Shown: one piece after another, positions 1 through 9,135 of the stretch
Position numbering within the stretch: position 1 is the first letter of the stretch
Layout of the letters: each line of letters opens with the position of its first letter
Assembly: GCA_964495375.1 (NCBI GenBank)
Contig: CAZBWM010000023.1
Location: 2,795-66,794, forward strand
Length of the DNA stretch: 64,000 nt
Direction: 5' to 3'
Source: an uncultured Planctomycetaceae bacterium
GTDB lineage: Bacteria > Planctomycetota > Planctomycetia > Pirellulales > JAEUIK01
Program-made: the position numbers and the translations under genes
The notes under the pieces: generated by a model
The model's database searches: none
What the model saw: only the letters and a program-made list of their open reading frames with translations
Told to the model about the DNA's origin: nothing

Positions 1-879
1 GTCGGCCACGCATTGCTGCGAGCCTTCGAGGGCAGCGACGGCCGCGTACTGACTGACGCTCGATGGGTTCGAGGTCTCCTGACTTTGCAGATCGCCCATC
101 GCCGTGGCGACATTGGCCGGCGACATCGTCCAGCCGATTCGCCAACCGGTCATGGCGTAGGTCTTGCTGACACCATTGACAAGAATCGTGCGCTCGACGA
201 GCCCAGGCCGCACCGTAGCGAAACTCGCGAAGCGGTGACTGCCGTAGGTTAGCCGCTCGTAGATTTCGTCAGCCACGACGATCAGGTTGTGCTTGAGCAC
301 CACGTCGGCCAGGGCCGCCAACTCTTCGGGCGAATACATACTGCCGGTGGGATTCGACGGAGAGCACAACAGCAGCACCTTGCTGCGCGGCGTGATCGCG
401 GCGGCCAGTGCCTGGGGCGTGAGCTTGAAGTCGGCCGACTCTTCAGTCTGCAGAATGATCGGCTTCGCGCCGGTGAGCTTGACCAGTTCGGCATAGCTGA
501 CCCAGTAGGGCGCAGGAATGATGACCTCGTCGCCAGGGTTCAACAGCACCGTGAAGACATTGTGCAACGAGTGTTTGGCACCATTGGAGATCACGACCTG
601 GTTGGGCTTGTAGTCGATGCCGTGCCGGCGGGCGTAATCGGCAACGATCGCCTGCTTGAGCTCGGGAATGCCGCTGGCGACGGTGTAATGAGTGTGGCCT
701 GACTGCATCGCGCGGACGGCGGCGTCGCAGATGTGTTCTGGAGTATCGAAGTCGGGCTCGCCGACGCTGAAGTCGTAGACGGTTTTGCCGGCGGCTTTTA
801 GGGCCTTGGCTTTGGCGGCCATCGCCAAGGTGGCCGAGGGTTCGAGGGCCTGAACGATTTTCGAGATTTCGATTGCCAT
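1..879 (-). CDS. PLP-dependent aminotransferase class I/II (aspartate aminotransferase type), truncated by the window start
   Basis: Not in the ORF track. Manual translation from ATG at 879 gives MAIEISKIVQALEPSATLAMAAKAKALKAAGKTVYDFSVGEPDFDTP, then SPSNPTG, DEIY and SKTYAMTGW (PLP lysine motif). Confidence 0.93.
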   Translation of the reverse strand, partial: MAIEISKIVQALEPSATLAMAAKAKALKAAGKTVYDFSVGEPDFDTPEHICDAAVRAMQSGHTHYTVASGIPELKQAIVADYARRHGIDYKPNQVVISNGAKHSLHNVFTVLLNPGDEVIIPAPYWVSYAELVKLTGAKPIILQTEESADFKLTPQALAAAITPRSKVLLLCSPSNPTGSMYSPEELAALADVVLKHNLIVVADEIYERLTYGSHRFASFATVRPGLVERTILVNGVSKTYAMTGWRIGWTMSPANVATAMGDLQSQETSNPSSVSQYAAVAALEGSQQCVAD

Positions 880-1015
880 CGGGGTGTTGCTGTGGGGGGC
901 CAAGGAAGGGCGCCGGCGGGCACGTTAGAAACGGACCATCTTACGGGCGGCCGGGTTCGGTTCCAAGGAGCCGAATTGGGGACTTAATCGGGAGTGGAGC
1001 AGGGAATTGCCGATC

Positions 1016-1129
1016 TGTTAGCCGCGGGACTTGTCCCGCGCGCTAGCTCGACTCGGGTCTAAACCCCCAAGTTCGGTCTTGAAACGGCGTCGGACCAGCT
1101 AGCGCGCGGGGTAAACTCCGCGGCTAACA
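1016..1129. repeat. REP-like composite palindrome (two inverted 33-bp arms, each with an internal hairpin)
   Basis: Left arm tgttagccgcgg-gacttgtc-ccgcgcgctagct (1016-1048) is the reverse complement of right arm agctagcgcgcgg-ggtaaact-ccgcggctaaca (1097-1129) except in the 8-nt loops. Intergenic. Confidence 0.8.
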
Positions 1130-1152
1130 ATTGCACACCGTTCCGCTGCACT

Positions 1153-1677
1153 TCAGTCGTCGAGAATAAGGAGCTTGGGGAATTTTTGCTGCAGGGCGTC
1201 GGTGCCACGGCTGGTGACTAAAGGGCAGCGAAGGTCGAGCTCATCAAAATCGGTTACGCCCTGAAGATGTGCAACACCACTGTCAGTCAGTAAAGCGCTT
1301 TCAATCGAAAGATGGCGGATCTTTCCCATCTCATTAAGCGCCTTGGTGGCAGTTGCCAGATCCGAGTCAACCAACTGACGCCGCCCGTACTGTCCGAAGT
1401 ACACATGCCACGGGCCACGCCGCAACGGTATGAAACGATCAATGTTTGATTCTGGTGATCGAAGAACGACGACTCCGCCCAACTCCGTAATCGCCTCGAT
1501 TGCGGCTCTTTGACGAAGCCCTGGCCGAATCAACGGCCCAAGGATTCCGAAGACGATCGCCGCCAGCGTGACCATCACGATCAGCCCGCGGAGGCCGAAG
1601 CGAAACCGACGGCGACGCTTGGGCGCGGCCGAATCGTTCGCGGGCGTGGCGATTTCTAGCGACATAACCCCCATCAT
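1153..1677 (-). CDS. Hypothetical membrane-anchored protein with short leucine-rich-repeat-like C-terminus
   Basis: RRFRFGLRGLIVMVTLAAIV N-terminus plus TM helix; LTDSGVAHL / VTSRGTDALQQKFP resemble planctomycete LRR-like proteins. Confidence 0.7.
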   Translation of the reverse strand: MMGVMSLEIATPANDSAAPKRRRRFRFGLRGLIVMVTLAAIVFGILGPLIRPGLRQRAAIEAITELGGVVVLRSPESNIDRFIPLRRGPWHVYFGQYGRRQLVDSDLATATKALNEMGKIRHLSIESALLTDSGVAHLQGVTDFDELDLRCPLVTSRGTDALQQKFPKLLILDD

Positions 1678-1765
1678 GCCAGCGAGTTAGGCCAACTGGC
1701 AATTGGCTTTTAGTCGCACCCCCACAGAAATCGATGGCATTTACGTGTACAAATGCTATTGTTTC

Positions 1766-1779
1766 TGTACACACGTATA
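1766..1779 (+). promoter_or_regulatory. Candidate LexA (SOS) operator TGTAC-N4-GTATA overlapping a -10-like TATTAT
   Basis: Near-palindrome (1 mismatch to TGTAC-N4-GTACA) about 90 bp upstream of lexA, in an AT-rich patch. A second TGTACA lies at 1746-1751. Confidence 0.5.
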
Positions 1780-1868
1780 TTATATTGTTGCTGCGTCAAC
1801 GGAGTGCAGGTTCGGGGGGACGGCCGCAATTCGCCGGCTGTCCGCTCTCCCACGCGGAGTGTTTTGCC

Positions 1869-2489
1869 ATGAGTCATAGTCAGCAGATGGACAAGCTCAC
1901 CAGTCGCCAGCGGGAAGTGTACGAATTCATCCGCGACAAAATTCGTGCGCGGGGCTACGGCCCCACCGTGCGCGAGATCGGCACGCACTTCCATATCAGC
2001 TCGCCCAACGGCGTGATGTGCCACCTCAAGGCCCTCGAAAAGAAGGGGCTGATCAATCGCGAGCCGAACATGTCGCGGGCGATCATGCTGGCGACCGAGC
2101 CGGCCGAACAACGCGGCCTGCCGCTGGTGGGGCGTATCGCTGCCGGTGCGCTGGACGAAGCGATTCAGGAAGACAACCGCTTCGATTTCGAAGAGCTGTT
2201 CAGCTCGCAGCGCGACGACCTGTTCGTGCTGAAGGTCAAAGGCGATTCGATGATCGAGGACCAGATCAGCGACGGCGATTATGCCGTGATCCGCAAACAG
2301 CCGACCGCCCAGCGTGGGCAAACGGTGGTCGCCCTGACCGACGACGGCGAAGCGAGCTTGAAGCACTGGTTCCCCGAAGCGGGGCGCATTCGTTTGCAGC
2401 CGGCCAATTCGTCGATGGAACCGATCTATGTCGACAACGCCCAGGTGTTGGGCGTGCTGGTCGGCGTGGTGCGCCGCGTGCCGCGGTAG
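1869..2489 (+). CDS. lexA: SOS transcriptional repressor LexA
   Basis: LTSRQREVYEFI...GYGPTVREIG wHTH, VGRIAAG cleavage site, GDSM catalytic Ser, SLK catalytic Lys. Start is ATG 1869 or 1887, not 1734. Confidence 0.97.
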   Translation: MSHSQQMDKLTSRQREVYEFIRDKIRARGYGPTVREIGTHFHISSPNGVMCHLKALEKKGLINREPNMSRAIMLATEPAEQRGLPLVGRIAAGALDEAIQEDNRFDFEELFSSQRDDLFVLKVKGDSMIEDQISDGDYAVIRKQPTAQRGQTVVALTDDGEASLKHWFPEAGRIRLQPANSSMEPIYVDNAQVLGVLVGVVRRVPR

Positions 2490-2514
2490 GGTGTGGTTTC
2501 ATCGGCCGAGAATT

Positions 2515-2548
2515 GGTGTCAGGATTGCTCGGTAGAAATCCTGGCGTC
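2515..2548 (+). terminator. Hairpin downstream of lexA (terminator or short REP variant)
   Basis: ggtgtcaggatt / aatcctggcgtc pair with G-U wobbles. The left arm shares ggtgtcagga with the 48594-48674 palindrome. No clear U tract. Confidence 0.4.
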
Positions 2549-2727
2549 GTTTGAGCATCACCACGTTCAGCGTGATGGCTCGGAGGAAGGTTTCTCGGTA
2601 TTGGCTCCAGTAACGTCGCGCTCGCAGCGCCGATCCGAGCATGCGCTTGAGCGTACGGTTTGAGCATGCAGTTGAGGGTTTCGACTTGCCATTGTTGCGT
2701 GGAGTTGCATTGCGCGTAACGCCTCAC

Positions 2728-3687
2728 GTGCAGCCGCGATTCCATCTGGCGTCGCCAGTAGCTGCTCGGTTAGCTGCTCGGTGGTTTTTCATCCAGACTT
2801 CTCTGGTCTTCGCAATTATCTCGTGCCCGGTTGCTGCGGCCGATCCGCTGGAAAACTCGATTGGTTTGAAACTGGTTCGCATCCCGGCCGGCGAATTCAT
2901 CATGGGTTCGCCCGCGACCGAGAAAGGGCGACGCGAGGACGAGCCGCAGCGGCGCGTCCGCTTGACCCGTCCCTTCGAGTTGGGACAGTTTGAAGTGACA
3001 CGCGGGCAATATCGCCAGTTCGTCGATGCGACGAAGTACAAGTCGGATGTGGAACGCGGCCTACTCGGCGGCTACGGCTTCGACAGCGATACCGACCAGC
3101 TGGCCGGCCCTGACAAAAAGTACACCTGGCATTTCACCGGATTCCCCCAGACCGACGAACACCCCGTCGTGAATCTCACCTGGAATGACGCGCTGCGTTT
3201 TTGTCGCTGGTTGAGCACTAGGGAGAATCGCGTCTATCGTCTGCCCACCGAAGCGGAGTGGGAGTATGCCTGTCGAGGCGGTTCGCAGACGGCGTTCTGC
3301 AACGGCGATGACTTTGAGAAAGTCATCGAGGTCGGCAACGTCATTGATAAGGACGCGAGGGCGAAGTTCGACGACCGCATCGCAGTGGCTGGGAGCGACC
3401 ACTACGTTTTCACGGCCCCCGTGGGCAAGTTCAGGGCGAACGCCTTTGGGTTGCACGACATGCATGGGAATGTGTGGGAATGGACGGCGGATTGGTTTGG
3501 CCCGCCCCCCACGACCGACCAGATCGACCCCCGCGGTCCGGAAACTGGGGAGGAGAAGGTGATTCGTGGCGGCGACTGGTATCACGACTGGTCGTTCGCC
3601 CGCAGCGCTCAGCGTTACCCCATGCATCCGACTCTCTACCGTCGGCATGCTGGGTTTCGCGTCGTTCGAGAAGCGGACGCGGAGTGA
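2728..3687 (+). CDS. Formylglycine-generating-enzyme (SUMF1/EgtB/PvdO) domain protein, probably exported
   Basis: IPAGEFIMGS, FELGQFEVT, HPVVNLTWNDA, RLPTEAEWEYACRGG, NAFGLHDMHGNVWEW, RGGDW. Start uncertain (2641-2760). Confidence 0.9.
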   Translation: MQPRFHLASPVAARLAARWFFIQTSLVFAIISCPVAAADPLENSIGLKLVRIPAGEFIMGSPATEKGRREDEPQRRVRLTRPFELGQFEVTRGQYRQFVDATKYKSDVERGLLGGYGFDSDTDQLAGPDKKYTWHFTGFPQTDEHPVVNLTWNDALRFCRWLSTRENRVYRLPTEAEWEYACRGGSQTAFCNGDDFEKVIEVGNVIDKDARAKFDDRIAVAGSDHYVFTAPVGKFRANAFGLHDMHGNVWEWTADWFGPPPTTDQIDPRGPETGEEKVIRGGDWYHDWSFARSAQRYPMHPTLYRRHAGFRVVREADAE

Positions 3688-3765
3688 ACCTTGGAATACC
3701 GATCATTCTTCGGGCGGTTGGCTTTCCCACCCGCGCGAGGGAAAGCGTTCCCGACATCTTTTCGA

Positions 3766-4836
3766 TTATGCGGCGGCTCGCGTGGCCAGTTGTTGTTCGA
3801 TCCGCTCGATAACCATGGCGGATTCGAGATCGCGCAAACATCGATGTTCGTGGCGGCACTGCCGCAGTTTGCGCAAGTAGCAGGGCGAACACTCGAGATC
3901 CAGCCTCACGACCGCTTCGGGTCGTTGATAGGGCCCCGTGCGCAGCGGGCTCGTCGGCCCAAAGACGGAGACCAACGGGCGACCGCACGCCGCGGCCAGG
4001 TGCATGGTGCCTGAGTCGTTGGTGACACAGAGCGCGGCGCGCCGCATCAGGGCGGCCAGCACGGCGAGCGACGTGCGCCCCGCCAGGTCGATGGCGCTAT
4101 CGCACACTTGGGCGACCGTGCGGCAACGGTCGGCATCGCGCGCGGCGCCGACGACGAGGGTCCGCATGCCGCGCGCTTCGAGGTGCCGGGCGACTTCTCC
4201 GAACCGCTCGGGCGCCCAGTATTTAGTCTCCCAAGTGGTGCCAGGAGAAATCACCGCGAACGGCTGACCAGCCAGCCCGATATCGTCCAACAATTCGCTG
4301 GCTTTGTGTTCGACCTGCGACGGCAGGTGAACCGTGAAGTCGGGCGGATCGCGATCAAGGTTCAAGAGATCGGTCAACCACAGGTAGCGATCAACCGCGT
4401 GGCGATCCATCGTCGGCACTGGCACGCGATGTGAGTAGGCCAACCAGGCCCCTTCGCGGGCTCGCGAGTATCCGACGCGGCACTTCGCGCCGGTCGCCAA
4501 GGTGAACACGGCCGAGCGGGCTTGTCCGTGCACGTCGACGACCAGGTCGTAGCGAGCGCGCCACAGTTGGCGCAACAGTCGCGCGACACCGAGTGTCGCC
4601 GTCGGGCTGAAGGCAAATCGCGCGTACTGTCGGCGCGGGAAGAGCACCGTGCCCGATAACGCAGGATGGGCCCGCACCAGGTCGGCGTTCTCGGGCGTGA
4701 TGAACCAATCGATCTGCGCGTCGGGATAGCGCTTGCGCAGTTTGACCAGCACCGGCAGCGTGTGGATGACATCTCCCACTGCGGACGGTTTGATCAGCAG
4801 GATGCGGGAGAAGTTGCGCTGGGCCAGAGATGTCAT
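3766..4836 (-). CDS. Glycosyltransferase family 9 (LPS heptosyltransferase, WaaC/WaaF-like)
   Basis: RILLIKPSAVGDVIH, ISPGTTWETKYW, DLAGRTSL, VTNDSGTMHLAAA, VSVFGPT. Confidence 0.92.
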   Translation of the reverse strand: MTSLAQRNFSRILLIKPSAVGDVIHTLPVLVKLRKRYPDAQIDWFITPENADLVRAHPALSGTVLFPRRQYARFAFSPTATLGVARLLRQLWRARYDLVVDVHGQARSAVFTLATGAKCRVGYSRAREGAWLAYSHRVPVPTMDRHAVDRYLWLTDLLNLDRDPPDFTVHLPSQVEHKASELLDDIGLAGQPFAVISPGTTWETKYWAPERFGEVARHLEARGMRTLVVGAARDADRCRTVAQVCDSAIDLAGRTSLAVLAALMRRAALCVTNDSGTMHLAAACGRPLVSVFGPTSPLRTGPYQRPEAVVRLDLECSPCYLRKLRQCRHEHRCLRDLESAMVIERIEQQLATRAAA

Positions 4837-4949
4837 ATCAGTGGAGTGGGCCTTCACAGGTAATGGCATGGCGGGGGACAGGAGTCGTTTCTGGAGGAAC
4901 ACCCGTGAGCGATTCCAGTCCCCACTTCGACCAGTACCATCTACATTCA

Positions 4950-5579
4950 TCAAGCAAATGGGACGAGCTTCTTGACCGTGGCCGACACGCGGTGCTTCCA
5001 GACGTGCCAGCGGGCGCGGGCGTCGTCGGTCACCCAGTTGAACTGGATTACGCGGCGCGCGCCGACGAACTGCTTATGCCCGTGCCAGGAGTTGTTGCTG
5101 CGGCGGAACATCAGCAGCGTCCCTTCGTGCGGCGGGACTTCAGCGATGTAGTCGTCGAGGTTGTCGCGCGAACGGAGCAAGCGCAGCCGCCCACCAGGGC
5201 TTTCCCAGGCAGGGTTCATGTAGATTAGCGCCGTGATAATCTTGCTCGGCGTGTCGGTATGGATGCGACCATCCTTGGCGCAGCACTGGCCGCGAGCCGT
5301 GATGACCGTGGGGCGGTCGTCGAGGTCGATGCCAAACTTTTGTTCGCAAATCTCGCGAAACTCGGGGCCACGCAGCTCGTCGGCCATTTCGTTAAAGGCC
5401 GGGCCGCACGGCACGTGTTCGATCGGGAAGCTGCCATGCTGGGCGATGGTCGGATAATCGGCATTGATCGCCGCGCAGGCTGCGGGGTCGATGAAGCCGG
5501 GGAGGATCAGATAATCGAACGGTTCGCGCACCAGCGGCGCGGCGCGGAGCGCGTCGAGGTTCAGCATCGATTCGGACAT
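4950..5579 (-). CDS. 2OG-Fe(II) oxygenase family protein
   Basis: HTD (HxD) iron motif, ALIYMN, GGRLRL, SWHG distal His and downstream Arg. Start ATG 5579 (MSESMLNL). Confidence 0.85.
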   Translation of the reverse strand: MSESMLNLDALRAAPLVREPFDYLILPGFIDPAACAAINADYPTIAQHGSFPIEHVPCGPAFNEMADELRGPEFREICEQKFGIDLDDRPTVITARGQCCAKDGRIHTDTPSKIITALIYMNPAWESPGGRLRLLRSRDNLDDYIAEVPPHEGTLLMFRRSNNSWHGHKQFVGARRVIQFNWVTDDARARWHVWKHRVSATVKKLVPFA

Positions 5580-5641
5580 GAGTTTGGCCCTCCTGAAAGA
5601 CAGCGATTTGAGCGGCGAGCGAATGAATGGCCCCCAATCGC

Positions 5642-7021
5642 TCACGCCGACTGTTCGAGTTGATTGACCTGGTTGATTTTGTTGTAGAGCGTCTTGAGAC
5701 TGATCCCGAGCTCCTCGGCTGCCTTGGGCTTGTTGCCGCCGTGCTTTTCGAGGACCTGCTGGATGACTTGCATCTCGATCTCGCGCAAGGGGAGCGCACC
5801 GACGAGCTTGAACTGCGGGCCCTGCAAGCGGCGCTGCAGGAAGCGGCTCGGCAGGTGCTCGGCGCGGATCGGCCCTTCGTCGCACAGAATGGCCGAGTGC
5901 TCGAGGACATTGGCCAGTTCGCGCACGTTGCCAGGCCAACAATGTGATTCGAGGGCCTTGAGCGCGTCGGTGGCGATCAGCTCTTCACCCGCCTTGGAGC
6001 CGCGACGGAACCGCAGCAACAAATGCCGGGCAAGCTTCGGCAGGTCTTCAAGCCGCTCGCGCAGCGGGGGCAAGTGAATCTCGAACGTGTTGATGCGGAA
6101 CATGAGGTCTTCGCGGAAGTCGCCGTGTGCGACCATGTCGTCGAGATTGCGATGCGTGGCGCAAACGACACGAACATCGACAATGAACGACGTGTTGTCG
6201 CCAACGCGGCGGATCTCGCCACTTTCAAGAAATCGCAGCAGCTTGGCCTGCATCCCTTTGGGGAGCTCGCCAATTTCGTCGAGAAAGAGCGTGCCACCGT
6301 TGGCGACTTCAAATAGCCCGACGCGGTGCTCGTCGGCCCCTGTGAACGCGCCGCGACGATGGCCGAACAATTCGCTCTCGATCAGGCTTTCGGGGAGCGC
6401 GCCGCAGTTGATGGCCACGAAGGGCATCTCAGCCCGCAGGCTTTGATCGTGAATGGCGCGGGCAGCCAGCTCCTTGCCGGTGCCAGTTTCGCCGAGCAGT
6501 AGGGCCGTGGAATTGGTCGGGGCGACCTTGGAGATCAGCCGGCGCATTTGTTCCATGCGGGGCGAGTCGCCGACGAGCTCCGACTTGCCTTCGAGACGTT
6601 CGAGTTGGCGCTTGACGGCGCGATACTTGTTCGTCAGCTCGCGTTTTTCGGCGACACGGGCCAACAGCGCGTCGAGTTCAACGAGCTTGCAAGGCTTGGT
6701 CAGGTAGTCGAACGCGCCGTGCCGCAGCGCGGCAATCGCCGTTTCGACCGAGCTTTTGCCGGTGAGCACCACGGCTTCGGTATCGGGGTTGAGCTCTTTG
6801 GCCCGGGCGATTACTTCGATGCCGGTGAGGCCGGGCATGTCGAGATCGACGAGCAAGCAGTCGTAGGTGTTCTTTTCGAGCGCGGCAACGGCCGTGACGC
6901 CGTCGGGGCAGACGGTTGCCTCGTGCCCCATGCGGGGCAGTTCCAGGCTCATCAGCTCCTGCAACGAGCGCTCGTCGTCGGCGAAGAGCAGCTTGAGGCG
7001 CTTACGCGGCTTGGTAGCGAT
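5642..7021 (-). CDS. Sigma-54-dependent response regulator (NtrC/AtoC family)
   Basis: REC domain (LLFADDE, LLVDLDMP), AAA+ (GETGTGKE, GAFTGA, GGTLFLDEIGE), Fis-type HTH. Start probably a non-canonical ATC at 7021 or 7024. Confidence 0.95.
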   Translation of the reverse strand: MATKPRKRLKLLFADDERSLQELMSLELPRMGHEATVCPDGVTAVAALEKNTYDCLLVDLDMPGLTGIEVIARAKELNPDTEAVVLTGKSSVETAIAALRHGAFDYLTKPCKLVELDALLARVAEKRELTNKYRAVKRQLERLEGKSELVGDSPRMEQMRRLISKVAPTNSTALLLGETGTGKELAARAIHDQSLRAEMPFVAINCGALPESLIESELFGHRRGAFTGADEHRVGLFEVANGGTLFLDEIGELPKGMQAKLLRFLESGEIRRVGDNTSFIVDVRVVCATHRNLDDMVAHGDFREDLMFRINTFEIHLPPLRERLEDLPKLARHLLLRFRRGSKAGEELIATDALKALESHCWPGNVRELANVLEHSAILCDEGPIRAEHLPSRFLQRRLQGPQFKLVGALPLREIEMQVIQQVLEKHGGNKPKAAEELGISLKTLYNKINQVNQLEQSA

Positions 7022-8591
7022 GATGAATCTCCTCGACTTCGGCGCTCGACGGCAACGTGACGCGAAACTGTGTTCCCTGGCCTGGTCCCGCACTCGTGGC
7101 TTCGATCTGGCCGCCGTGGTCGGCCACGATGCGGTAGGTGATCGACAGACCCAACCCAGTCCCCTGGCCCCCTCGTTTGCGTGTGAAGAATGGTTCGAAG
7201 ATGTGCTCGAGCACGTCGGGCGTCATGCCGCAGCCATCGTCGGCCACGATCAGTTCAACCTGGCCGAGCCGCTCGCCGAGCGTGACTTTCACGCGGCCGC
7301 CGGCGTCGACGCTGTCGAGCGCGTTGGTTAGCAGGTTCAACAGCACCTGCTTGATCTCCTGCGGATTGACACAGGCTCGCAGCGCGCGGTTGGGTAAAAA
7401 CTCGATGCGTTTGTTTTGGTACTTGCCGAGGTGCCCGAGCATGCCGATGACGCCGTAGATCAGCTCGACCAGGTCGGCGTCTTGCCGCTGCACGTCTCCC
7501 AGGCGGGCGAAATCGAGCAGCCGAGACGTGATTTCCTTGCAGCGGAACGCTTCGTCTTGAATCATCCGCAGGTACTGCGGCGCGACCCCGCGATCTTCGC
7601 CCGGCGGAATCAGCTCGGCCAGGCGGCTTTCGAGCGACTCGGCGCACATCGCGATCGAGGCCAGCGGGTTATTGATCTCATGGGCGACACCAGCCGCCAA
7701 GAAGCCGACGCTCGCCAACTGTTCGCTCCGCACGACTTGCTTGGTGCGCTCTTGCACCTGGCGATCGAGATCGTCGCGAATGTGCTGGAAGCGTTCGGTC
7801 ATATCGTTCATCGCCTCGGCCAGCTCGGCCATTTCGTCGTAGCTGTCGAGCCGGATGCGATAGTCGAAGTGACCGGCCGCGACCTTGCGCGAGCCCTTGA
7901 TCAAGATTCGTAGCGGGCGGAAGACCCAGTCGTAGAACAGCTTGACTAACAACACCAACAGCAGGCCAGCGAGGATCGACGTGATCCAGCAGACGTAGAT
8001 CAGCGAGCGATACTCGTTGCGAACTTCGCCGGCCAGGTGCTGCATATCCTTTTGCAGCGACGTGGGGAGTTCGAAGGCCGACGATTGCAGCGCCGCGCAC
8101 TCGCGGGCCAGCGAAGCGGTTTGCGCCGGGTTTCGCAGCCAGCCGCGGTCGCCGGCGATGGCGGTCACGCGGGCAAACGTATCGGCAAAACCATCGAGCC
8201 GAGCCCGTTCGTTGCGGCTCGCGTAGAAACGCGTCTTGAGCTGCTCGTTGTGCTTGATCTGTTCCTGGTAGGAGTCGATCGTGTCGACGATGATCGCGAT
8301 GTGCTTCTCGATTTCGAGATGCAGCGATTCGTCGGATTGGCCGAGCTCGTTGTCGGGGAATTCAGAGACATGAATCCGCGGCAGATCGTCGATCAGCAGC
8401 CGCAGCTCGGAGGCCTCTTGAATGAGCGTGGTGGCCAGCGGCAGTTCGTTCGCGCGCGAGCTGAGGCTTTTGACCATGCCGCGGTAGGCATAAAGTCCAT
8501 GCAGGCCCGTGCCCGATGCGATCGTCACGATGACGACCAGCAGGACGAGACCGGCCAAAAGCTTATTGCGAATAGGCCAACGCGCAAGCAC
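7002..8591 (-). CDS. HAMP-domain sensor histidine kinase
   Basis: Two TM helices, HAMP, H-box AHEINNPL, N-box QVLLNLLTNA, DDGCGM, FEPFFT, GTGLGL. GTG start with GGAGG upstream. Confidence 0.95.
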   Translation of the reverse strand: MLARWPIRNKLLAGLVLLVVIVTIASGTGLHGLYAYRGMVKSLSSRANELPLATTLIQEASELRLLIDDLPRIHVSEFPDNELGQSDESLHLEIEKHIAIIVDTIDSYQEQIKHNEQLKTRFYASRNERARLDGFADTFARVTAIAGDRGWLRNPAQTASLARECAALQSSAFELPTSLQKDMQHLAGEVRNEYRSLIYVCWITSILAGLLLVLLVKLFYDWVFRPLRILIKGSRKVAAGHFDYRIRLDSYDEMAELAEAMNDMTERFQHIRDDLDRQVQERTKQVVRSEQLASVGFLAAGVAHEINNPLASIAMCAESLESRLAELIPPGEDRGVAPQYLRMIQDEAFRCKEITSRLLDFARLGDVQRQDADLVELIYGVIGMLGHLGKYQNKRIEFLPNRALRACVNPQEIKQVLLNLLTNALDSVDAGGRVKVTLGERLGQVELIVADDGCGMTPDVLEHIFEPFFTRKRGGQGTGLGLSITYRIVADHGGQIEATSAGPGQGTQFRVTLPSSAEVEEIHHRYQAA

Positions 8592-8760
8592 CGCAGGCGA
8601 CCTCCATGCCGCCTCTTGGCGCGGAAAAATCCCCTGCTTCCATGAGCACCGCGCCTAAGAGGGCCGAAGTGTAGCACCGTCCGGCGAAACCGGGCAAGGC
8701 CAGAGATTGGCGGACTGTTGTGCCCCCGGCGACGCGAAGAATCACGGGCTTTTCGATGAA

Positions 8761-9135
8761 TTAATCGAAATGCACCGACGCACCCGGCCGCACGTAGCCC
8801 CAGACTCGCAGGACGCCAGCGCTAGCGGTGAACGGTGCACCGACCCGCCGGAGCAGAGCGACGATTTCATCCCGCCGATCTTGTTGACCGCAAATGGGGT
8901 CAATCTCCAGCCATTCGATACCCAGGTATGGGCGCGGATGGTAGTACCATTCGGCGTCCCATTCGCTGATGCGCGATGTCGTTACTTCCTGGATTCGGAA
9001 ACGCGGCACCGGGGGACCAAGAGCAAGAATCCCATGACAGGTCTCACGCCACTTGGTTTCGTTCATTACCGATACAAGCTGACCTCGCCTGACATGGCTT
9101 GCGACGTCGGTTCGGTAGTGCTCCAAGTCAGTCAT
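8761..9135 (-). CDS. Conserved hypothetical protein (DUF6678-like)
   Basis: MNETKWRE...SEWDAEWYYH...IEWLEI pattern recalled for this family; 4-bp ATGA overlap with the upstream gene. Confidence 0.6.
   Translation of the reverse strand: MTDLEHYRTDVASHVRRGQLVSVMNETKWRETCHGILALGPPVPRFRIQEVTTSRISEWDAEWYYHPRPYLGIEWLEIDPICGQQDRRDEIVALLRRVGAPFTASAGVLRVWGYVRPGASVHFD

Noticed and set aside
2759-2782. 12-bp tandem repeat tagctgctcggt x2
   Set aside because: In-frame micro-duplication (AARL/AARW) in a signal-peptide region; no wider significance.
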